Part shown: positions 53,474 to 64,000 of the stretch, piece by piece
Layout of the letters: each line of letters starts with the position of its first letter
How positions within the stretch are numbered: position 1 is the stretch's first letter
DNA from: Eledone cirrhosa
Lineage: Eukaryota
Direction of reading: 5' to 3'
DNA: 64,000 bases
Assembly (NCBI GenBank): GCA_964016885.1
Contig: OZ024760.1
Location: 20,336,001-20,400,000 of the forward strand
Position numbers and translations under genes: made by a program
The notes under the pieces: generated by a model
The model's input: the letters and a program-made list of their open reading frames with translations, nothing else
Told to the model about the DNA's origin: nothing
The model's database searches: none

Positions 53474-53809
53474 GACAGAAACTTTAAAAAAAAAAAATAC
53501 AATACAAAACAAAACAAGACAAAAGACAAAACATGCAAATCCTTTCAAGCTAAATGAAAAAAAGAGAGAAAAGGAAGGGTGTAGGGTGGTGATGGGGGTT
53601 GGGTGGGGTTGTTGGGGGGGGAATGGAGGGGAATTGAATGAGCGAAAAGGTAAATTGTCAATTGAAAGGGTTTTTGAACTTATATAACACACGCAGACAA
53701 ACACATACACACATACATTGTATACACATGCGTGCAGACATTGTATGTATATAGATATACACATATATATGTATATATATATATATATATGTATATACAT
53801 ATACATATA

Positions 53810-53841
<32 letters not shown>

Positions 53842-53937
53842 CATACATACATAAATACGTTATTACTTTCTTTCATTATGCACTCACACACACATACACA
53901 TGTATACTGACACACGCACATATGTACTGACACATAA

Positions 53938-53972
<35 letters not shown>

Positions 53973-54210
53973 TTATGCGCACACATGCACTGATATGCAC
54001 ATATTTCTGTGCATAGATTATAAAAAAAAAAAGGAAATTTATTTATTTGCTGTTTGAAGGGCTGGGGTGTTTAATTAAGGGTGAACTGGGGGCAGGGTTG
54101 TTAAAAATTTTTGGGGAGGAACTAATAATTGTTGTGGTGCATTTAATATTTACCGTGGGATCTGTTTAAAACAGCTATTAATATAATGATGATGGTGATG
54201 TTAGTGTGTA

Positions 54211-54241
<31 letters not shown>

Positions 54242-54574
54242 GACGATAGAGGTAATCTGTATGTGTGTGTATAGATATATATATATAATGCTTGGATCTT
54301 TACTATATATAAATACATTCATATATATACATGTGTGTATGTGTATGTGTAGAATATTTAACATTAATTTAAGAATAAATATACAGCTCTGTTAAATTTG
54401 TGTGAGTGTGTGTATGAGAGAAAGAGAGAATATGTGTGAATGTGAGAGAGGGTGTGTGTGAATGTGAGAGAGAGAACATATGTATATTTATATATGAAAG
54501 ACCCAAAATAGGCTTGTGTTTATACATACACAATTTGGCATGTGTTTATGTGTGTGTATGTATGTATATGTGTG

Positions 54575-54605
<31 letters not shown>

Positions 54606-55232
54606 GCCTACAGGGGGAGCATATAAACCCAGTAATAGGCCCATACCAACTAGTTTACACCCCCCACCCCACCCCCTCCCAGCTCTTCTAACCTGTATAT
54701 ATATGGTTGATTGCAGGATCGGTAGAGCATTGGACAAATTATCTTGTGGCATTTGGTTGCGCCCCTTTACATTGAAATGAGTTCAAATCCTGCCATGGTC
54801 AACTTTGCCTTTTGTCTTTCCAAGCTCAATAAGAGATATACCAGTAATCTACTGGAGTGGATATTATTGACTGTACCCTTTAAGGCTGTGCTTCAGCTTT
54901 GCCACAGTCCAATGACTGAAACCAGTGAAATAGAATATATATATACGATATTAATAAATGGAAACTATATTTATAAAACCATATTTATTTCATTATATAT
55001 ATTTCAAGGATACCAAGTTAAATTATGGTATGCCTTCATCAGACAAAATACAATATATAACAGTTTTATAAATAGACATTGACGTACCCTTTTAAAAAAT
55101 GACCGTTGCTTTTGGAGGCCATCACTATGACTTACTAAAGTAAACAAACCACTATCCTGATGGCCTCCAAAAGCAACGGTCATTTTTTTAAAAGGGTACG
55201 TCAATGTCTATTTATAAAACTGTTATATATTG

Positions 55233-55297
55233 TATTTTGTCTGATGAAGGCATACCATAATTTAACTTGGTATCCTTGAAATATATATAATGAAATA
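55233..55297 (+). ncRNA. Type I hammerhead ribozyme (candidate; mirror copy on the minus strand at 54986-55050)
   Basis: TATTTTGT CTGATGA AGGcATACCA...TGGTATcCTT GAAA TATATA TA ATGAAATA. 8-bp stem I with two G-U pairs, palindromic helix III, AUA triplet. Confidence 0.75.
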
Positions 55298-55462
55298 AAT
55301 ATGGTTTTATAAATATAGTTTCCATTTATTAATATCGTATATCTACTCCAAATATTTGTCGAGTGCTTTATATTAGTTATAAAAATATTTACTTGTTGTA
55401 TCCCAACAATTTAAATAGAACTTTTGCATATATATATATATATAAACCAGAAACTGATTGAC

Positions 55463-55494
<32 letters not shown>

Positions 55495-55576
55495 AACATA
55501 TGAAACAATCACGGAATAATTTGTAAAGTGTGTGAGCACACTTTACAAATTATTCCCTGTGATTGTTTCATATTTT

Positions 55577-55626
<50 letters not shown>

Positions 55627-55772
55627 CAATCAATTTCTAGTTGATATAAAAGCTCGGATCTATTCATTGGAATCTTTGAGCATATTCTACAGTGGATATG
55701 GCGCATGTCTCTCAGACATGACACCCTTAATTTAATTTTGGTTATATATAATGTATGTGTATGTATAATGTA

Positions 55773-55804
<32 letters not shown>

Positions 55805-55877
55805 ATGTATGTGTGTATGTGTTTGTGTGTGTATCTAACTCATGCAAGCAAAGAAAAGTGGATGTTAAACGATGGTG

Positions 55878-55912
<35 letters not shown>

Positions 55913-55947
55913 ATACACACACACATGTATGTATATATGATGTGTTT

Positions 55948-55978
<31 letters not shown>

Positions 55979-56119
55979 GACATTCATGTTGACTATGTAT
56001 GTATATATATATATGATACATGTTAACATATATATATATATATATATGACATTCATGTTGACTATGTATGTATATATATATATGACACATGTTAAGTATG
56101 TACATATACATGACACACG

Positions 56120-56161
<42 letters not shown>

Positions 56162-56449
56162 GTACGTAGTTGAAGGTAGTATGGACAGTACAACTACCAC
56201 CCATTTCATCTGTTGGTCTTCGTGGTTGACATCTACAGAGTTGGGTTCAGCTTTTAGCAAAGAATGTTCTAGTTCCTTATTGTTGATATTGTCGCTGTTG
56301 TTGTTGTTGTTGTTGTTGGTCAATTGATTGCCTTATCTTCTATTTTGTCTTTTGCCCGAATATGTTTCTATTTTTCTGGCTACACACACACATGTATATA
56401 TATATTACACACACAGACATGCATAAATAAGTATATATAATACATACAC

Positions 56450-56517
<68 letters not shown>

Positions 56518-56520
<3 letters not shown>

Positions 56521-56710
56521 GCGGTGGATTGGCAGTATCGGTAGAGGGTCTGACGCCATGCTTTGCAGCAAAGAGTTACGGCCCTTTATGATCTGAGTTC
56601 AAATCCTGCCGAGGTCAACTTTGCCTTTCATCCTTACGGGGTCGATAAAATAAAGTACCAGTAATACACTGGGATAATTGCTGGCCTTGTGCCAAAAGTA
56701 GAAAAAATTA
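56518..56710 (+). mobile_element. tRNA-derived SINE family A, about 190 bp, more than 20 copies in the window
   Basis: A box TGGCAGTATCGG, B box GTTCAAATCC, core GCCTTTCATCCTTACGGGGTCGATAAAATAAAGTACCAG. Approximate + copies: 5676, 5982, 14565, 29155, 29988, 34183 (partial), 48040, 48211. Approximate - copies: 141, 980, 1825, 12658, 14050, 23650, 28630, 30910, 35962, 40101, 44635, 49837, 50088. Confidence 0.9.
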
Positions 56711-57890
56711 TATTATACACATATATATAATACATGCACATATATATAATACATACGCATATTATATATATAAAACACATATACATATAATATAATACAC
56801 ACACACATCTCTATGGTAGTGCTCCCTCCAATATAGTATTGTACATGATACACTAATATTTCATTCTGGGTGTGTATATATATATATAAAATAATTAAGT
56901 CAAATATGTAAAATTTGGCTTTGTTTATTATAAATTATAGATATATTGCTATATATATTTTGGTGACAGCCATCATTGGCTGTGACCTCTTCAGGCAGTC
57001 CGAATTGGTGTGGGAAAGACAGGTACACATGTTGTTGAAGTGTGTTTTATTCTGTCAATACATCGATATGTCCAGCTCCTGGTTGTGTTGCTATTTCTCA
57101 GAGAAATAACAACACAACCAATGATGGCTGTCACCGAAATATATATAGCAATATATCTATAATTTATAATAAAATAAGCCAAATTTTACATTTTTGACTT
57201 AATTATTTTACATTACTCCAGAGTAAACAAACCAACCTGCGTACTTCGTTGAGTGCTCCAATCTTCATACTGAGGTGTCGGTAAACAACCAACAAATACT
57301 CAACCCATGCTAGCGTAGAAAGTGGACGTTAAACGAAGATGATGATGATGATGATATATATATAATATGGAAACACACACAAACACACATACACACATAC
57401 CTGTTTGTGTACATACACACACATATATATGTATATAAAGTGAGAAATCTGCTGTTTGTAAAAGTGATCTCAAGATGCTAAACCTCACAAACAAGATAAC
57501 AATTGAAGTGCCAAGATATTAAAAAACAATGTCCTGTCCATCATCATCATCACCGTTTTATGTCCTGTCCAACCTATTCCAGTTTGGAGAAGCTAACATA
57601 AAAACCTGATGATGGTGATGATGATGATAGTCTTTGTGACGATAATGATGATGATGATATCTGTCAAATTATATGTAGTATTTATCTGCCTTGAAGTCCA
57701 TAGCTCAACCGTGATATATTTATATTAGCTTCATAACTGGTTGGTATCTGTCCACCATTTGTAATACCATTGCTGACATCTTAACTACATAGAACAAAAG
57801 CAAACAGGGAAACTCTGAGGTAGATATTCTTTGGGAGAAACCCTCTTCACTTCATCTTTTACACTCAGTGAATAAGATAATCGAAGTTTA

Positions 57891-57941
<51 letters not shown>

Positions 57942-58256
57942 AAATTTCGCTCTACATGGCTGAATACAATAAATGTAATCTGAGTTTTTCGAATATTAAT
58001 AATATTTGATTCATTTGCAATTATGCAAACAAGCCTCGATTTTATAGCCATGTCAGTAGAATGAACACTTCATTCTTGCTCTTATGTTGGCATGCGAACA
58101 GATACACATATATTTATAATGGCTGGTTTGTACACTTTGATTTATTCTTTTAATTAATTTGTATTCACCGTTCCATCTGTAGTTAATATGTTCATCACCC
58201 TGATGGTTTCATATATCCTATAATTGGACACATATATAATGTATTTCTCTCCTTAC

Positions 58257-58305
<49 letters not shown>

Positions 58306-58741
58306 CACATGATTTGGTATGTGTGTACATGAAAGTCCTTAGCCTGCCTATGACAAAGGTACTCTCATGGAATGACCAAATGAAACAATATAGTTATTAA
58401 TAAGAAAAGTTGAAATTAATGACATGCAAGATTTCACAGTTCTAGCACCACTTCCTTCATAGTCACCCTATGAATTTTTCAACTGACCCTTGTGTATATA
58501 TATATATATATATATATATTTATTAAAATAACAGATTAAAGTTTAAGCAAAGAATCGCTGCTTTCACCCTTAACGGGATCTTCTGAAACTAACTGTTTCA
58601 GAAGATCCCGTTAAGGGTGAAAGCAGCAATTCTTTGCTTAAACTTTAATCTGTTATTTTAATAAATGTTTGTTCTACGGTTCTTATATATTTGATATATA
58701 TTTATCCTTATTTGGATTTTAGTCTTCAAATTTATTATTAT

Positions 58742-58774
<33 letters not shown>

Positions 58775-59162
58775 AGGCAGTTACTTATGTCTCGCAAAAA
58801 GGCGAAACTTATAGAACTAATCTTTTGACATACACACACATTATAGTTACAATATACACATATAGATACATACACATACACATATAGGTACATACACATA
58901 CACATGGCATATAATAGATGCCTGGTTCAACTCTTGTGATGGAATCTGCTTTTGTTTGGGTTTTTTTTTCTGTTTTAAACAGAATTTGTTAATGTTGTAT
59001 ATATAATTTCTCTCTCTCTCAAAATTATATGGTGTGTGTTTCTTTCTATTGCCAATATTGGCGACATTACCATCCCCAAATATATATATATATATATATG
59101 TATGTATATAATATATATATATGTGTGTGTTATATATATATTATATATATATATATATGTGT

Positions 59163-59193
<31 letters not shown>

Positions 59194-59460
59194 CATACAT
59201 ATATATAATATACATACATATATATATATAATATACATACATATATATATATATATATATGTGTATGTATATAATATGTATGTATGTATGTTTATAATAT
59301 GTATGTATATAATATATATATATATATATATATGTGTGTTATATATATATATGTGTGTGTTATATATATATTATATATATATATATATGTGTTATATATA
59401 TATATATATATATATTATATACATACATATATATAATATACATGCATATATATATATAAT

Positions 59461-59492
<32 letters not shown>

Positions 59493-60487
59493 GTGTATGT
59501 ATATAATATGTATGTATGTATGTTTATATGTATGTATATAATATGTATGTATATAATATATATGTAGGTATATAATATATATATATGTATATAATATATA
59601 TATAATATATAAACATATATATATGAGAGAGGGCAGGGGAGAGACTGGATACCTATAAAACCTGTATTCTGTGGGTAGTGTGTCAACATAATGAAACCCA
59701 ACTCCCTCACACACATACAGCTCTGTGCTATTGGTTGTTGCTGGGAATTATAGATATAAGGACCTTGACTCTTTGGTCTACTATCTTATTGGTTCAACCA
59801 GGTGTGACTTAACTATATATCATCATCATCATCATCATAATTTTACGTCTGCTTTTCCCTGCTTGCAAGGGTGGGACAGGAACTGATTCTGGCTTGATTT
59901 CTACAGCTGGATGCCCTTCCTAACACCAACCTCATTTACAGTGAGTGCTGGGTGCTTTTTTGCCGTGGCACCTCCACGACCACTTTGCAGTGGAATTATA
60001 GGGACCCCAGCCCTATCATCTCATTTCTACAGCTGAGTAAACTGGAGCAATGTGAAATAAAGTGTCTTGCTCAAGGAAACAACACATCACCTGGTCTGAG
60101 AATTGAACTCACAACCTTTCGATTGCAAGCCCAATGCTCTAACCACTAAGCCATGTGCCTCCATATATATATATATATATATTACTTTGCCACTATATAT
60201 ATATATATATATATCTGTGTGTGTGTGCATGTATGTATATATATGTATATATGTGTGTATAATAGTGAAAGACCGGGAGGTTATATCGAAAGGTGGTAGA
60301 GCGCTCAATCCAAAGGACGAGTTTAGCATAGAGTTAGTTCCACAACAAATTAACAAACCATACTTGACAACGTGTGTTTCAACTGAAGGATTCTTCAACT
60401 CATGTATGGTTGAAGAATCCTTTGGTCGAAATGTGTGTTCTCAACTATGGTTTGTTAATCTTGTGTGGAAATAACTAACAATATATA

Positions 60488-60524
<37 letters not shown>

Positions 60525-62662
60525 CTGAACACTTGCTTGAGTGGGGTTTCTTCTCTGAAGACCTTCTGCTGTCTTAGCACTCTTGATATATATATATATA
60601 TATATGTGTGTGTGTATGTATTTCTAATGTAAATATTCTGCATTCTCTCTGTGTGTGTGTGAGAAAAAGAGAGAGAGAGAGAGAGTAAGCTTGTGTTTAT
60701 TCTATATGATAGGATGACGATGATAATTTTCTTTATTGAATTTTTTTTCCCTTTTTAATTAAAGCCCATGAGCAAAAATGACATTATTATTAATAATAAT
60801 AATAATAATAATATAGTAATAATTATGATGGTGATGTCATAAAAGTTTCAAATAGTTTAAAAGAGTTAACCCTTTAATGTTCAAACCGGCCAGAATTCTC
60901 TACCTCTTTCTGTTGAAACTGGCTGTAACTGGTCACTCAAACTGATGTTAAGGTATTGTTCTCAGAATAAATACTTTCAAAATCTCATAGATTCGATATT
61001 ATGTGAGATAAAGCATTTACCATGAAAATATAATAGTATATATAGAGTAATGTGAATGCTAAAGGGTTAATAATCTTGCTGAAGGCCAGAGTAGTAGAAA
61101 CGGTTGCAGTGATGTAAACCCTGAGAAACAGTCAACAATATAATAATAGTAATTGCTAGGAACAGCAAGGATTCTAAGGAGAGTGTTGTTCTGGGGGATG
61201 ATTTGTACTTTCGGTCATGTCCCCAACAGAAACTAGGATAAGCACTGACCTGATGAGTCTCTGGACTTAGACAGACTTTAGATAGCAGTAGGATTAGAAG
61301 TGGGGGTGGTAAGATGTTTACTTGTAGCTCAGTATAGTTATAGGGGATACTGAGTAAATTAGAAAAGAACCATTATCACTTCCTTAGGAAACCCAAGGTA
61401 TTTGATAGCTACACTATCTATGTTACAGTTAGAAGTCATTTTCTTTCAAATTAAACTCCCCACCCCACCAAAAACACACATAACTGTATCTGTCCAAAAG
61501 TCTTTTTTTACCTCTTTCTGTTTAAACTGACTGTAACCAGCCACTCATACTGATTTTAAGATACTGTTCTCAAAATAAATAATATCAAAATCTTGTAGAT
61601 TTGATATTATGTGAGGTAAAGCTTTTACTGTAAAAATACAATATGTTAGATATGTGAGATATTATGTAAGGTAAAGCCCTTACTGTGAAAATACAATAGT
61701 AAATATAGAGTAATGTAAATGTTATGAGAGATATGTGAGATAAAGCCTTTACCATGAAAATATAATAGTATATATAGAGCAATGTAAATGTTATGTGAGA
61801 TATTCTGTGTGATAAAGCTTTTACCATGAAAATACAATAGTATATATAATGTAAATGCTATGTGTGATATTATGTGAGGTAAAGCCTTTACTGTGAAAAT
61901 AGAGTAATGTAAATGCTAAAGGGTTAAAACCAAACCATCAAACTTCATTATTGATTGCCAAAATAGAACAATACAATTTGCCAAATGATAAATTTATTGA
62001 AATTAGGGCTTATTTTAATACATTCGTGATTGATATATCTCGTCAGACAATTGAATCTATTGATTATTGATTGGTTTCCTGTGATCAGAGGTATCTATCA
62101 TGGAGTTATTTACAGTCCTATTGCTTAGTCTAAATAATTTATACATACTGAAATTTTTTCGAGACTTTATACTAACTACTTCTACACAATTTATATCTAT
62201 TTCACAATATATATACTAATATACACATTCTCATTTTAAACGCAACATAATATGGATATTTATTTTCTAAAAAGAAAAAAAATATTTAAAAAAAATAAAT
62301 AACCCCCTCCCTCGACCATCTTCAAATTTGTCTTTTCTTTAAGCACTCCATGTTTCAGTACCTACATTAATTAGTAGGTATCTACAGAATAACGCCGATA
62401 ACAATGATTATGATGAGTTTCTGCAAATTTACACACTGCAAAGACTCTTAAGAAAATTTTTTTTTTTCAAAATTCTAACACAATAAATTCAATAAAATTA
62501 GTATTTTTTTTCCCCTCTTTCAAAATTTGTAATTTTTTTTCATTCTCCTCCCGTCTTCCATTTAACTAAAAACCCCAAAATATATCATTCACATCAACGG
62601 TTTCAATGTTTTTTCATGAAGTTTTTCTCTCACTTTTTCTCTTTCTTCTTAAATTTCCATTT

Positions 62663-62721
62663 TCAATTGGAAGAGCGGATGACTTTGTACTTCTTCATCT
62701 CTCTCTTCAGAGATGGAGCTG
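62663..62721 (-). CDS. Candidate terminal coding exon of a convergent, unidentified gene (...APSLKREMKKYKVIRSSN*)
   Basis: On the minus strand, a pyrimidine-rich tract is followed by a NAGNAG acceptor (aaacag|cag|) and an open frame to TGA. About 700 bp of non-repetitive AT-rich sequence with AATAAA near 61993 follows. Protein not recognised. Confidence 0.35.
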
Positions 62722-63689
62722 CTGTTTGTAATCAGGAGAATATATATTGTTTTAGTGGAGGAAAAAAGAAAAAAAAATCTTTTGAAGAATTGTACTTATT
62801 TTTTTTTTTTATTCATTTCATAATTTTCTTTTTTTTCGTACCTTGACTTAACATGTGGGTCATTGCTACTCACACATGTGGGTTATTCCTAGTTAAACAC
62901 AAAAACGGGGGTTATTAAACATGTGAGTATTGGCAGTCGTTAGAGAACTGAATTAAATTTCTCAGTATCTTATCTGGCTCTATGTACTAAAACAGCAATC
63001 AACACAGTAAAATGGAGGTTCAGCCCTTGCTAAGAGGAAAAATGGATGTTAAATGATGATATAAAAAGCATCCAGTCCACCCTGTAAAGTGGTCGTGTAG
63101 GTGTCACGACAAAAAGCCCCCCAGTCCACCCTGTAAAGTGGTTGTGTAGGTGTCACGACAAAAAGCCCCCAGTCCACCCTGTAAAGTGGTCGTGTAGGTG
63201 TCACAACAAAACCTCCCAGTCCACACTGTAAAGTGGTCGTATAGGTATCGCGACAAAAAGTACCCAGTACTCACTGTAAAGTGGTCGTGTAGGTGATACA
63301 ACAAAAAGTATTCAGTACACACAGTAAATGTGGCTGGTGCTAGGAAGGGCATCCAGCTGTAGAAACCAAACCAGAAATAGTTCTGTATGTCAAGACATGG
63401 TCATCTGATCTGGCTTGTCTCACAACACGACAACTCATCTAACCCATGCTAGCATGGAAAAATGGACGTTAATCAATGATTACATAACCCACCTCCCTCA
63501 GTATATTACTGGTAAATCAACATAGAAATATGAAAAGACAAAATCAACTTCAGTAAAGTACAGGACAGGACTGGAACTAAGAAAATAAAGACAACCATGA
63601 TGTAAACCTTGGAAGAACTAAAGCCAAAGTAGATAGGTTTTATCATTATCATGATTTTTAGGTTTTATCAGTTTGCTATCTCTCTCTCA

Positions 63690-63875
63690 GATACTGTCAC
63701 CTACAGCTCCCATGACTTACAGAAACATTTTTACACGCTCAGTGTTGCTGAAGCATGGAACAAACTACCTGCATCAATTGTTAGCTGTCAGGACACTGCA
63801 TCCTTTAAACCTTCCATGCTTCCCGAAATTTGCCAACACTACACCTGATATTACCCCTCCATACACATGCACACA
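63690..63875 (+). mobile_element. CR1/L2-type LINE 3' tail (other copies at about 19945-20230 and 28820-29055, minus strand)
   Basis: HFYTLSVAEAWNKLPASIVS..DTASFK, the typical CR1 C-terminal WN.LP motif. Three near-identical copies. Confidence 0.75.
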
Positions 63876-64000
63876 TGTCATCATCATCATCATCATCATC
63901 AACGTTTAACGTCCGTGTTCCACGCTTGCATGGGTTTGGACGGGGGTAGTCCCACTTGAGGCAAGAGTGATTGTCTTGCTCGCATAGGACTGTCTGGCAG

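Noticed and set aside
58578-58635. Functional hammerhead in the 58520-58664 palindrome
   Set aside because: Core reads CAGAAGA, the first stem II pair is mismatched, and there is no UH or stem I. Counted only as a degenerate relic.
61225-61270. GAAAC...CTGATGAG as a hammerhead
   Set aside because: No UH cleavage site after the putative helix III and no stem I or II pairing; it looks like a decayed SINE tail.

Overview
Repeat-rich, AT-rich eukaryotic DNA, most likely from a cephalopod (octopus-type SINEs and microsatellites; the taxon is inferred). The only complete protein-coding gene is a + strand beta-secretase (BACE-family A1 aspartic protease). I assembled it by hand from 10 coding exons between 29598 and 53473: 1524 nt, 507 aa, GT-AG introns in compatible phases, catalytic DTGS and DSGT motifs, and a C-terminal transmembrane helix. 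A possible non-coding first exon ends near 11596, and a possible last exon of a convergent gene lies at 62663-62721. The remainder is RTE/CR1 LINE fragments, tRNA-derived SINEs, Helitrons, piggyBac-like and Tc1/mariner MITEs, minisatellites and microsatellites. The most unusual feature is a dense set of short fold-back elements sitting in (TA)n tracts. They belong to many sequence-unrelated families, and at least 10 copies carry complete or point-mutated minimal type I hammerhead ribozyme folds, including U3-A8 core variants, consistent with non-autonomous Penelope-like elements or retrozymes. Also notable are a 159-bp minisatellite that multiplies the acceptor and first codons of BACE coding exon 9, and a twin-priming-type inverted RTE insertion. 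All RNA folds were paired by eye, not computed.
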